From positions 66,602-130,601 of the forward strand of contig DUUV01000028.1 in NCBI GenBank assembly GCA_012841375.1: a stretch of DNA of 64,000 nucleotides, given 5' to 3'. Each line of letters starts with the position of its first letter. Within the stretch, counting starts at the first letter, position 1. A program made the position numbers and the translations under genes. Source of the DNA: Candidatus Fermentithermobacillaceae bacterium (GTDB lineage Bacteria; Bacillota; Sulfobacillia; Fermentithermobacillales; Fermentithermobacillaceae). Of the stretch, positions 48,129-57,616 are shown in pieces. The notes under the pieces were generated by a model. The model worked only from the letters and a program-made list of their open reading frames with translations, did no database searches and was not told the DNA's origin.

Positions 48129-49211
48129 TTGTCCGACCGCCAACTAATCCAGAAGCACCTCCTGCCCCTACTCACCCTGTCGGGGGTCTCAGGACGGGAA
48201 GCCCCGGTCATACGTTACATGATGGAGGCGCTGGAGCCTCTGGTTGACGAAACTCGCGTTGATCCCATGGGCAACATCTTCACCGTAAGACGTGGGAAAC
48301 CCGGTCCCAAGATCATGCTCGCGGCACACTCTGACGAAATTGGTCTCCTCGTCAAGAGCATCGAAAAAAACGGATTCATCCGCTTCGAAAAGCTGGGCGG
48401 GGTAGGCGACCACCTTCTTCCCGGTCGCGTAGTGACGCTGGCGGGCCACACGGGCATAGTCGGAGTGAAAGCGGGCCATCTCTCCAGCGAGAGGGAGCGA
48501 TCTGAGGTCAAGAAGCACACCGAACTCTACATTGACGTAGGCGCCAAGACCAAAGAGGCCGTTCTGGCCATGGGGATCAAGACGGGGACTCCCATCGCCT
48601 TTGTATCGCCGCCGACATTCCTGTCCGAAGACTTGCTTGTGTCCAAAGCACTGGATGACAGGATCGGGTGCGCCGTCATGCTGGGTCTCCTTGAATCCCT
48701 GGCGAACAATGAGTTCAACGGCGAGCTTCACTGCGTGGTAACTGTCCAAGAGGAAATCGGCCTTCGGGGCGCCATGGTCTCCGCCTTTCATGTGAATCCG
48801 GATATGGCTATCGCCCTTGACACCATCCCATCGGGAGATACGCCTGAGATAAACTTCACCAAGGAGCTCCCGGTAGGCATCGGGTTAGGTCCCGTCCTTC
48901 AGGTCACCTCGGGAGGCGGCGGCAGGGGTCTTATCGCCGACACGACGGTCCTATCCATGCTTGAAGAGACGGCCAGAGAAGCGGGGCTCCCCTACCAAAC
49001 CGTCATGTTTACGGGCGGAAACACGGATGCCAGCGCGATGCATCTCTCGAGGTCGGGGATCCCCTCGGGAGCCGTGACCATCCCAAGGCGATACTCGCAC
49101 TCGCCCGTAGAGCTGGTCGACATGAGAGACGCTGATGCGGCGCTCCGGTTGCTGAGGGAGTTCATAGTCAGGATGCCGGAGAAGATCAACTGGAAATTGC
49201 CCGGCGACTAA
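48129..49211 (+). CDS. M42 family aminopeptidase (YsdC/FrvX-like)
   Basis: AAHSDEIGLLV and ALDDRIGCAVML metal-ligand motifs; TTG start after AAAGGAG. Confidence 0.8.
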   Translation: MSDRQLIQKHLLPLLTLSGVSGREAPVIRYMMEALEPLVDETRVDPMGNIFTVRRGKPGPKIMLAAHSDEIGLLVKSIEKNGFIRFEKLGGVGDHLLPGRVVTLAGHTGIVGVKAGHLSSERERSEVKKHTELYIDVGAKTKEAVLAMGIKTGTPIAFVSPPTFLSEDLLVSKALDDRIGCAVMLGLLESLANNEFNGELHCVVTVQEEIGLRGAMVSAFHVNPDMAIALDTIPSGDTPEINFTKELPVGIGLGPVLQVTSGGGGRGLIADTTVLSMLEETAREAGLPYQTVMFTGGNTDASAMHLSRSGIPSGAVTIPRRYSHSPVELVDMRDADAALRLLREFIVRMPEKINWKLPGD

Positions 49212-50488
49212 GGCTTCTCAGGTGGGTAGCTGCTGGTGTTCAGTCTCTCAACCTTCTCGATGACGCCATTCCTTATATAGCGCCTGAGTGTCTCGACCAG
49301 ATAGCCGGGGCGCAGGCCAGGCGCCGGAGATTGACCCGGGTCCTCGCCGGGCTCGGGCGACTGGGGCACCCCTGCGGGGTCAGAAGCGGGGACGGGTTCC
49401 GCAGGGATTTCCCTAATCACCCGGGACTCAACCTCGATCCTGACCCCGGGGATCTTCTTCCCGAAGACATCTACCGTTAGAGACCCGTGGGACGTCCTGG
49501 CCCTCAGGATGCACGGAGCAGGCCCGGGGTTTGTCATTTTGAGGTCCAGGTAGTCCCAGGCAACGGTGGCATCCAGCCCGAGAGGCACATAGTCGACCGG
49601 AAGGCCGTGGCAGTACCGTTCGGTAACCACAAAACCGGCCTGAAGCATCGCCACGTAGGCGGTAGTCGAGACCTGGCAGACCCCTCCCCCGTAGTCGTCT
49701 TCCAGCCTCTCTCCTACGATAACGGGGGCCTTCCTGTAGCCGCGCTCGGGCGTCCGGGGCCCGACCGTCTGGTTGAACGAAAACGTCTCGCCGGGCCAGA
49801 TAACCAGTTTGGCCATACTGGATGCCGCAACGCTTATGTTATGGGCCCGGTCGGTCTTGGATGTCGCGTAGTAAGTGGTATAGTTTGAGATGATCTCAAG
49901 CGGCAGAAACGCCTGAAGCTCCTCGGTGCGGACTCGGGGTTCGGTGTCATGAAACTGAAGGACGACTGTTTCGGGCACGGCGTCGGTGTATCCCTCAACT
50001 GAAAAGAGGTCCTCCACATATGAAGTGTCGAGAGACTTACCTACAACGTGAGGGATCACCTCGACGCGGTCGTAGGGATCAATTTGGAACTCGGCATCTC
50101 TGACGGGGACCTCAAAGAACGAGGCCAACCGGCCGATACGCTCGGAGAGTCTCTCCCGGTCCACCGTCAGTCGCAGGGGTTTCTGTCTGTTGGCAAAGGC
50201 ACCCCAGATGGGACGCATGCAGCCTTTCACCGTGGCTTTGAGATCGGGAGTGACTCCGAGTTCGGCTCCGAGAAGCACCGTTGTCTCTCTGCCGTCTCCG
50301 GTAAAGAGGACCTGCTTGGAATCCCAACACAAGCTCTCGGCCAGAGCAGACTCGGCGGCAGATGCAGTCAGGCCTCCGAGATCGACGCCCAAAACGCTCG
50401 TGCCGGGCCAGATGATGACGTAGCCCGCCAGCACGACGCAGGTGAGGAGAAGCACCCATCCGCCGAAGTGCGCGATGAGACGCCTCAT
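49208..50488 (-). CDS. VanW domain-containing membrane-anchored protein
   Basis: N-terminal TM segment and a VanW core (GETFSFN...GGGVCQVSTT). Confidence 0.8.
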   Translation of the reverse strand: MRRLIAHFGGWVLLLTCVVLAGYVIIWPGTSVLGVDLGGLTASAAESALAESLCWDSKQVLFTGDGRETTVLLGAELGVTPDLKATVKGCMRPIWGAFANRQKPLRLTVDRERLSERIGRLASFFEVPVRDAEFQIDPYDRVEVIPHVVGKSLDTSYVEDLFSVEGYTDAVPETVVLQFHDTEPRVRTEELQAFLPLEIISNYTTYYATSKTDRAHNISVAASSMAKLVIWPGETFSFNQTVGPRTPERGYRKAPVIVGERLEDDYGGGVCQVSTTAYVAMLQAGFVVTERYCHGLPVDYVPLGLDATVAWDYLDLKMTNPGPAPCILRARTSHGSLTVDVFGKKIPGVRIEVESRVIREIPAEPVPASDPAGVPQSPEPGEDPGQSPAPGLRPGYLVETLRRYIRNGVIEKVERLNTSSYPPEKP

Positions 50489-50662
50489 CCGGGGCGCCTT
50501 GAGACCTGAACCTGGAAGCGCTATCTGCCATCATCTCCCAGTCGATCTTATTCCGCGCTACACCCCGGACATTCCCAACCACCCACGGAACTCACGGCTC
50601 TGGTTCACTCGTCGCCACAGCGCGTTCATTCGTGCGCGGTACTCCAAAAGGCCAATGCCGTG

Positions 50663-51259
50663 TCAAGCGCCCGCCGGGGCCATTGCCAAAGCCGGGTTTT
50701 CAGGTCTCAATGCCGAGCGGAGGATCCCGTGGGCTCTCGAGAGTCTTGACTTGACCGTTCCGATGGGGCAGGCCGCCTCCCTGGCTACTTCCTCTCCGGT
50801 CTTCTCCATTACGTCGTACAACACGACGACCTTGCGATAGTACTCGGGCAACCTTTGGATCTCGTCCAGGATGGCGTCCTCTCCCTCCCTGGACTCGGTC
50901 ATGTCAAGGGGTGAAGGTGAGTCATCGGGGAACTCTACAGGCTGCTCGTCGCCGTCCTTGGACTGGAGGGTCGGCCACGACACGGTAGGGACAGTCTTCT
51001 TCCTCATCCGGTCAATGCAGGTGTTGGTGGCGATCTTGCGCAGCCAGCGGCCAAGATTCGCCGTCCCCGAATATGTACCCATGAACTGGTATGCCTTGAG
51101 GAACACTTCCTGCGTCAAGTCCTCTGCGTCCAAAGGATCTCTCACTATGCGGGTGATGTGCCACAGTATTTGCTTGTAGTAAGTGGTGTAGATATGTTCA
51201 AACGCTTCATGGTCTCCCAGCGATGCCCTTCTTGCCATCACGAGTTCTTCGGCAATCAT
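50663..51259 (-). CDS. ECF (RpoE-like) sigma-70 family sigma factor
   Basis: Region 2 (EDLTQEVFLKAYQ) and region 4 (GEEVAREAACPIGTVKSRLSRA); GGAGGG RBS. Confidence 0.85.
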   Translation of the reverse strand: MIAEELVMARRASLGDHEAFEHIYTTYYKQILWHITRIVRDPLDAEDLTQEVFLKAYQFMGTYSGTANLGRWLRKIATNTCIDRMRKKTVPTVSWPTLQSKDGDEQPVEFPDDSPSPLDMTESREGEDAILDEIQRLPEYYRKVVVLYDVMEKTGEEVAREAACPIGTVKSRLSRAHGILRSALRPENPALAMAPAGA

Positions 51260-51422
51260 CGTTCATCCCTCCGCGTCGCATGTTCACCGTTATCCTATAG
51301 GCGAAGGGACGTCCTGACCTCGGCACAATGGCTTACGGGGGACTAGGCATTTCGGCTTAGGCAATCCGCTCGTGTGTGTTCTCGGCGTCGGGGAAAATCC
51401 ACCGGAGCCCGCAGGCTCCTGC

Positions 51423-53033
51423 TCATTCTCTGGAAGCGGTCTTCAGAGGTATGCTCACGGTAAGCACGGTACCCTTTCCTGGAGACGACTGCAGATCGAT
51501 CTTGCCGCCCATCATCTCCGCGCGCTCGAACATGCCCACCAGGCCCATTTGACCCGCCCTACCCAGGGCTCCGACGCCTTCCGGGACTACAAAACCGCGG
51601 CCGTTGTCGCGGACAACCACCTTGAGCTCCTCGGGCAGGAATTGGAGGCTCACTTCAACCCTGGTGGCCCGCGAATGCTTCGCGGCATTTGCCAGGGACT
51701 CTTGGACCACACGGAAAGCAGTCACTTCGACCTCTTCGGAAAGCCGCCTGATATCGCCCGTGGGCGCGAACACGACCCGGATACCCTCTTTCTCGGTCTG
51801 GTCCGCAAGCCACTCACAGGCCGAAACCAAGCCGAAGTCGTCCAAAACCGGCGGACGCAAATTCCTGGCAAATTCCCTGAGGTCTTTGACTGCGGTATCC
51901 AGCAGCGAGTCAATGTCCTCGAGAGCCTCGCGCCCGGCAGCCGACGGAGAGCCTTTCAGGTACTCCCGCTTGAACAGGTCCAGACGCCTTCTCATGGCAA
52001 CGAGGTACTGTACGGAACCATCGTGGATATCCCGGGCTATCCTCGCCCGTTCTTCTTCCTGAGCCATATTCGCCACAGCCAGGTATTCGCGCATTCTCTC
52101 GGCGCGTGACCTGGACTGGCTGAGCTCCCGGTCTCGCCTGACCAATTGCTCTTTGAGGCGGTTCTCGGTAGAAGGGTCTCTTGCGATGCCTTGATGCCTG
52201 TACAGGTCGAAATCGCGGTAGACAAGAGAGGCCCTGACATGGAGGGTGGCGTACTCACCGTCTTTACGCTGAATGACCCACGAGTACTCCACGTTTCTCT
52301 TCCTCTCCGAGACCGCCTTCTTGACGACGGCGGTGGTCGCGGCCCAGCACTCGGCGGTGACAAACTCGCCAAAATAACTGCCGATGATTTCATCCGGCTC
52401 GTAGCCGAGGATATCCCGGCATACGGGATTCACATACAGGAACCTGCCGCCGCGGTCCAGGATGAACACCATGTCCTGCGCGTTTTCAGCGAACATCCTG
52501 TTCTGCTCATCCGATCGGCGCAGGCTCTCCATGAGTTGTGCCCTGTCGGCTATGATCGAGGCGTGACCCGCCACTGCCATCAAGAGCTCCGGCTGGAGCC
52601 TCGAGATCGTCTTCCCGCTTCCCGCGAGAAGCACGAACCCGGTCACATCTTCAGTGGATACCATGGGTACGACGATCATCGCCTCAAAAGGCGGTTCTCC
52701 AAGAACCGGGTCGTGACGCCTTTCTTTCATGAAGAGGGGCTTGTCCGGCGCGAGAAGTACCGACGACAGAACCGAATCGTGAGTGACCCGGAGAGTTATG
52801 TCGGGCGAGATGATGGTCCTGTCTTCCCTGACGGAAGCAGACGCCGAGACATAGGCCGAGCGCGATGGCTGGTCGTACACAAGGATCGCTACGGCTTCAA
52901 CCTTGAAGCTCCTGAGCATGAGTCCCGCGATCCTCGATAGGGCGTCGTCCCGGCCTTGGTTGTCCCGGGTGATCCTTCCCATTTCCAGGAGGAGTCGGGT
53001 GCCACGGTCAAGGCCTGACCGTCTAGCAGCCAT
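51423..53033 (-). CDS. Soluble sensor histidine kinase: GAF, PAS, HisKA_3 and HATPase domains
   Basis: No TM segment; H-box ARDIHDGSVQ; N, G1 and G2 boxes at the C-terminus. Confidence 0.85.
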   Translation of the reverse strand: MAARRSGLDRGTRLLLEMGRITRDNQGRDDALSRIAGLMLRSFKVEAVAILVYDQPSRSAYVSASASVREDRTIISPDITLRVTHDSVLSSVLLAPDKPLFMKERRHDPVLGEPPFEAMIVVPMVSTEDVTGFVLLAGSGKTISRLQPELLMAVAGHASIIADRAQLMESLRRSDEQNRMFAENAQDMVFILDRGGRFLYVNPVCRDILGYEPDEIIGSYFGEFVTAECWAATTAVVKKAVSERKRNVEYSWVIQRKDGEYATLHVRASLVYRDFDLYRHQGIARDPSTENRLKEQLVRRDRELSQSRSRAERMREYLAVANMAQEEERARIARDIHDGSVQYLVAMRRRLDLFKREYLKGSPSAAGREALEDIDSLLDTAVKDLREFARNLRPPVLDDFGLVSACEWLADQTEKEGIRVVFAPTGDIRRLSEEVEVTAFRVVQESLANAAKHSRATRVEVSLQFLPEELKVVVRDNGRGFVVPEGVGALGRAGQMGLVGMFERAEMMGGKIDLQSSPGKGTVLTVSIPLKTASRE

Positions 53034-53874
53034 CAGACGAACCTCCCACATCGTCTCTGGAAAGCAGACCTGACTTGAGGGCGCTCACAACCGCTTCGGT
53101 CCTGGACGCCACACCCAGTTTGGAGAACACCGAGGCAAGGTGTGCTTGGACTGTCCTGGGGCTCACTCGCATCCGGGAGGCGATTTCCTTGTTGGAGAGG
53201 CCTCTCGACACGAAACGAAGGACCTCGGTCTCCTTGGCGGTAAGGGCATCCCTGTCCATCTTCGGGTGAGCCGCCGGTCTCTCGGACAAGCGGGCCCCGG
53301 CGGCGTGATGCCGTCTATCCTCCGGACGTACGCCTCCATCTGGACTCTCACACTCCTCTTCCGGCGGCGTGATGACGGAAGGGCGAGACCCTGTTTGCGC
53401 TGTCCCGGCCATACCGGGCTCTTCGAGATTGCCCCTTCTGGCGATCCGCGAGAACACCTCTCTCGCCACGCCTTGGTCCAGCACCGAGTCGCCGCTGGCG
53501 GTCGCCCTAATGGCTGTCACAAGTTCGTCCGCCCGCGCGCTCTTCAGGATATACCCCGTAGCCCCGTTTTCCAGGAGCCGTGCTACGTAGGCAAAATCAT
53601 CGTAAGCCGTGAGTGCCAGCACCTGGATGGAGGGGTTTTTCTCCTTGATGTGTCTCGTGGCCTCGATGCCGTTCATGCGGGGCATGGAGATATCCATCGC
53701 TACAACATGAGGGGAAAGCTCCCCGGCCTTTTCTATCGCCTCAAGACCGTCGGAAGCCTCCCCCACAACTTCAATATCAGGCTCTTCTTCAAGCAGGCGC
53801 CTGGTGCCTTCGCGGACCACGGCGTGGTCGTCGCAGATGAGAACCCTTATCTTACTTGGTTGGCGCTCCGGCAA
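53023..53874 (-). CDS. NarL/LuxR-family response regulator with an unusually long Pro/acidic linker
   Basis: REC domain (VLICDDH...D...K), about an 80-aa low-complexity linker, and a LuxR HTH (LTAKETEVLRFVSRGLSNKEIA). Confidence 0.9.
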   Translation of the reverse strand: MPERQPSKIRVLICDDHAVVREGTRRLLEEEPDIEVVGEASDGLEAIEKAGELSPHVVAMDISMPRMNGIEATRHIKEKNPSIQVLALTAYDDFAYVARLLENGATGYILKSARADELVTAIRATASGDSVLDQGVAREVFSRIARRGNLEEPGMAGTAQTGSRPSVITPPEEECESPDGGVRPEDRRHHAAGARLSERPAAHPKMDRDALTAKETEVLRFVSRGLSNKEIASRMRVSPRTVQAHLASVFSKLGVASRTEAVVSALKSGLLSRDDVGGSSDGC

Positions 53875-54655
53875 GTGCCTTCTCCACCGCCTCCATAATG
53901 CCTTGGCTGGTAAAAGTCGCGCCTGAAACCGCGTCGACCTTTACGCTCTGCTTTTCAACTATCGCCTTAGGAATACGCGCCAGCGCGGGATCGGAGATGC
54001 CGGCCGACTCGTCGTGTCTCACGACCTTGACGTCGACGATCTTCCCGCCCTGAACGGTAACGGAGACCTCAAGCTCACGAAGGCCCAAACCGGTCCCCGT
54101 GTACGTGCCGTCAGGCACAGAGGCGATGTCGATAGGGCCTGAGGACTGCGAGGATCCCAAGACGCCGGCCATAAAGTCGACGGCCTTCTTGACTCCGCCC
54201 TTGACACCGCTTGACGACACGGTCGCTCCCGTGACACCGTCTACCGCCATGGGGTTTTCAACCCCCACAAACCCTTCGAGGAACGCCTTGTCGTTGACCC
54301 TGGTGCCAATCCCAGGAGTATCATTCAGCGAGATAATGGCTACGCTGGAGATCTTGCCTTCGGCATCAAAACCGACCATGAGCTCTATGGGCTCACGGAA
54401 GCCGGCTGCCGAGACTCTCATGGCTCCGCCTATGGTCTCTCCGGCCTTCTTGCCGAGCCAGTACGTCTCTCCGTCCTTTGTCTCTTCTACTATCTCCTCA
54501 GCACCCGGTATGGCTGCCTTCACTGCCGCAAGGAGATCCTCCTGCGCCCGTCTCTCTATAATAGGGCTTGTCATGGCATGTACGGCCGCCAGCCCGAGAC
54601 CAGCGAAGGCACACACAAGCATCAGTGTAATGCCGAGCCTAGCCATGTTTTTCAT
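53852..54655 (-). CDS. Secreted protein with two FMN-binding (FMN_bind) domains, PplA/RnfG/NqrC-like
   Basis: Signal peptide MKNMARLGITLMLVCAFAGLGLAAVHA. Each domain carries the flavinylation-type motif (DGVTGATVSS and DAVSGATFTS). GGGAGGAGG RBS before ATG 54655; overlaps the regulator gene start. Confidence 0.75.
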   Translation of the reverse strand: MKNMARLGITLMLVCAFAGLGLAAVHAMTSPIIERRAQEDLLAAVKAAIPGAEEIVEETKDGETYWLGKKAGETIGGAMRVSAAGFREPIELMVGFDAEGKISSVAIISLNDTPGIGTRVNDKAFLEGFVGVENPMAVDGVTGATVSSSGVKGGVKKAVDFMAGVLGSSQSSGPIDIASVPDGTYTGTGLGLRELEVSVTVQGGKIVDVKVVRHDESAGISDPALARIPKAIVEKQSVKVDAVSGATFTSQGIMEAVEKALAGAPTK

Positions 54656-54888
54656 TAGACGTCCTCCTCCCGATGCGCACCGCTCTATACGCAAGATGAC
54701 TTCCTCAAGAAATGATAGCACAAAACGACGGCCAATTGCGTTACGACGAACAAAACGAACAACTATTCACACCTGTGCCCAAAGTCCGGCATATACCGGC
54801 AGGCGCCCGAGAGAGTCTCACGTCGCGCCGTCACTCGTGCCGGCCTGCATTGGAGGAGAACGGGCGTACAATCTGGAACAAACACCAC

Positions 54889-55686
54889 ATGGGCACCATC
54901 ATCGCCGAGCACGGAACAGTCAAATATGTGGTAAAGGGCGCGACCTACTACGTCAAGGAGAATTTCGCCCCGTCGGTCCAGGTTTTCAAGGCCGAGCTCC
55001 ATCCCAGGCGCTGGAAGGGGATACCGGAGACCTTTTTCTCAAACGGCCCTGTCGAGAAACTGGTCAGCATCTTGGGGCTCGGACGGTGCAACATGGTCAC
55101 GGTAAAGCTGGCTTCCGATATGGAACTCACGCCCGAAGAAAAAGAGGAGCTCACCAGGCTGGTCGGACCAACATTCTACTTCTCGAGGTCGGCTCAAGAC
55201 TACACGCTCGACAGGCTGCCCTTCGATGACCCTGAACTGGCGACGGGTTACCAGACCGCATTTGACATTCTGGTCCGCAACTGGGACGACGGCGAAGCCA
55301 ACATGGCGCTGGTAGAAGGCGTGCCCGTCTGGTTCGACTTTGGAGTGAGCCTGGACCCCAGGTGCCAGAACGTGTACAGGTTCATCATGAAACTGGAAGA
55401 AGCCCGGAGGCTGGGAAGGGTATCTACAATCGTCTCATACTTCATGGACTACACCAGGAGGAGAAGCCAGATCCTGAAGCGGGCGGTCCAGTCTCTTCAG
55501 AGAATCCAGCAAACCGAGATAAGGACGGCCGTCCGCCTCTCGAATGTCCAGATACCGGCCTACTTCGCAGAGTATGTCTCGCATGGTCTATCCAACCTGC
55601 TTGAGGACATTGATATAATAAGGGGAGCGTTTCTCCGGGAGAACGTCGAGAGACGCCAGACGTACATCAAGAACATTACCGTGTAG
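54889..55686 (+). CDS. Hypothetical protein with a protein-kinase-like catalytic signature (D-x4-N followed by DFG)
   Basis: RNWDDGEANMALVEGVPVWFDFGVSL has the spacing of a kinase catalytic loop and DFG metal loop; a possible VKYVVKG...YYVKE nucleotide-binding region is upstream. No canonical RBS; start uncertain (ORF open from 54712). Confidence 0.35.
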   Translation: MGTIIAEHGTVKYVVKGATYYVKENFAPSVQVFKAELHPRRWKGIPETFFSNGPVEKLVSILGLGRCNMVTVKLASDMELTPEEKEELTRLVGPTFYFSRSAQDYTLDRLPFDDPELATGYQTAFDILVRNWDDGEANMALVEGVPVWFDFGVSLDPRCQNVYRFIMKLEEARRLGRVSTIVSYFMDYTRRRSQILKRAVQSLQRIQQTEIRTAVRLSNVQIPAYFAEYVSHGLSNLLEDIDIIRGAFLRENVERRQTYIKNITV

Positions 55687-55715
55687 ACTCCACGCTTTTT
55701 GACGCGGGGTGAATG

Positions 55716-56435
55716 ATGGCCAAGAGGCAAGCGTTCAAAATCGATATGCACGTGCACTCGATGTACTCGGGCGAGTCGCCGGCCGAACCGCGCGACATTG
55801 TGGAGGCCGCCAAGGAAAAAGGCCTCGACGCAATCGTCATCACCGAGCACGAGCGCCTGTCTCTCAGCTTGCCTTTCGAAGAGCTCAGAAAGACCGCCGG
55901 CCATCTCAAGATCTTCCGCGGGGTCGAGCTTTCCACAGATGCCGGTCACATGCTCGTCTATGGCGTGACCGATGAAGACTGGAAGGACTGGGGCGCCGAC
56001 CGGGTGTGTTCGGCCCAGGAACTTATCGCCAGAAGCGCGAAACTGGGCGGATTGGCCATACCGGCCCATCCTTACAGCCTGGAGAAGCGGAACGCGTTTG
56101 ACAACGCGCCCTCGGTAGTAGTAGACGAAAGGATAAAGCACCTGACCGGTCTCAAAGCCCTGGAGGTCTGCAACGGGAAGCACTCCAGGTTTCCCGAGGT
56201 CTGTGAGGTACTGGGTAGGTATGCCGCTTCGGTCAACCTGCCCGGCATCGGAGGAAGCGATGCCCACATGCCTGAAGAAGTAGGCCGCGCCTATACTTCC
56301 TTCAGAGTACCCGTCTATTCGGCGAGAGACATTGTCCGTGAGATACTCCGTGGACATGTCTGGCCTCAAGCGGATTCCCTCAAACTTACCACGTCTCGAA
56401 TTTCTGCCTTCGTGATCTGTGAAATATCCATGTAG
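55716..56435 (+). CDS. PHP-domain metal-dependent phosphoesterase
   Basis: IDMHVHSMYSGES, ITEHE and GGSDAHMPEEVG His/Asp motifs of the PHP fold. Confidence 0.75.
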   Translation: MAKRQAFKIDMHVHSMYSGESPAEPRDIVEAAKEKGLDAIVITEHERLSLSLPFEELRKTAGHLKIFRGVELSTDAGHMLVYGVTDEDWKDWGADRVCSAQELIARSAKLGGLAIPAHPYSLEKRNAFDNAPSVVVDERIKHLTGLKALEVCNGKHSRFPEVCEVLGRYAASVNLPGIGGSDAHMPEEVGRAYTSFRVPVYSARDIVREILRGHVWPQADSLKLTTSRISAFVICEISM

Positions 56436-56474
56436 GGAGCCTCAGTCTTTCGGGCTCCTCATGGAGGAATACAA

Positions 56475-57521
56475 ATGAACCGAACCAGAGTAATACTTAC
56501 GGCGGCAGCCACCTATATTGGCACGGTAGTCGGAGCAGGTTTTGCCTCCGGCCAGGAAGTCCTTCAGTTCTTCGGGCTTCTGGGCCCGTTGGGCGTCCCG
56601 GCCATCGTCCTCACCACAGGGGGGTTCGCCTTCTTCGGGTATGCCATCATGGAAGCCGGCCGCAGGATGAACGCCAGGTCACATCTGCCGGTCATCCGTG
56701 AGGTCTCGGGGAGGTTCATTTCCCCCATCCTGGACGTCGTCACAACCTTCTTCCTTTTTGGAGCGCTCTCGGCCATGGTGGCCGGAGCCGGCTCAGTGCT
56801 CTCCCAGGAGTTCTCGGTACCGTGGCTATTGGGAGCCGGTCTCATCCTGGTGGCAACCGTAGGCACCGTTCTCTTTGGCTTGAGAGGAGTCGTCACTGCG
56901 GTCAGCACGGTTGTGCCCCTTCTCATGCTCGGAGTACTCGTCGTAAGCCTATCGGTCATAGTATCCCGAGGCGCGGCGCTGAATGCTCCTCCTCCCGGCG
57001 CAAGACCTCTCGTCCCCGCTTGGCCACTGGCGGGCGCCACGTACATCTCTTACAACTTAATCATGTCGGTACCGGTCTTGGCCTCCCTGGGAACCACGTT
57101 GCGCTCCAAGAAAGAAGTGGCCCTTAGTTCGGTGGTGGGAGCCGTCGGATTAGGTGCCGCCCTCTTCCTCGTCTTCTTGGCCGTAGTCTCCTCTTTCCCT
57201 GAGGTGCTTAAGTATGAGATCCCCATGGCCGGAATGGCTTCAGAGGCCTACCGCCTTGGGGGCCGGTTTTACACCATGATCTTCCTGGCCGAAGTCTACA
57301 CCACCGCCGTCGCCAACCTCTACGGGTTCTCGGCGAGGATCGCCCGTTCAGACTCGCTCTCCTTCAAACTTGTGACGGTCGTCGCAGGAAGCGGCGCTTT
57401 GCTGGCGGGCTCCGTAGGGTTCACGAACCTGGTCCGGACGGTTTACCCCGCAGTGGGTTGGGCCGGTTCCCTGTTTCTCGGCGCCATCATCGTCTACGCG
57501 TTGAGGAACCGCCTCCGCTAG
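56475..57521 (+). CDS. Polytopic membrane protein, YkvI-like (APC-superfamily-related)
   Basis: VGAGFASGQEVLQFF N-terminal motif and about 10 TM helices; family call is from memory. Confidence 0.5.
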   Translation: MNRTRVILTAAATYIGTVVGAGFASGQEVLQFFGLLGPLGVPAIVLTTGGFAFFGYAIMEAGRRMNARSHLPVIREVSGRFISPILDVVTTFFLFGALSAMVAGAGSVLSQEFSVPWLLGAGLILVATVGTVLFGLRGVVTAVSTVVPLLMLGVLVVSLSVIVSRGAALNAPPPGARPLVPAWPLAGATYISYNLIMSVPVLASLGTTLRSKKEVALSSVVGAVGLGAALFLVFLAVVSSFPEVLKYEIPMAGMASEAYRLGGRFYTMIFLAEVYTTAVANLYGFSARIARSDSLSFKLVTVVAGSGALLAGSVGFTNLVRTVYPAVGWAGSLFLGAIIVYALRNRLR

Positions 57522-57533
57522 GTCAACTTTTGA

Positions 57534-57562
57534 TTGACCCCTCGGCCCCCGAGTGCTATATT
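57534..57562 (+). promoter_or_regulatory. Sigma-A-type promoter TTGACC-17-TATATT with a palindrome (CTCGGcccCCGAG) in the spacer, upstream of lysA
   Basis: Near-consensus hexamers 55 nt upstream of the lysA GTG; GGGAGG RBS follows. Confidence 0.45.
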
Positions 57563-57616
57563 CATCACAACTTTTCTATTGTAAATACCCTAACATGCTG
57601 GTCAAAGGGAGGAAAC

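Noticed and set aside
57458-57616. Upstream extension of the lysA ORF into the preceding membrane-protein gene.
   Set aside because: GTG 57617 is preceded by AGGGAGG and a sigma-A-like promoter, and the protein from there aligns with the LysA N-terminus.
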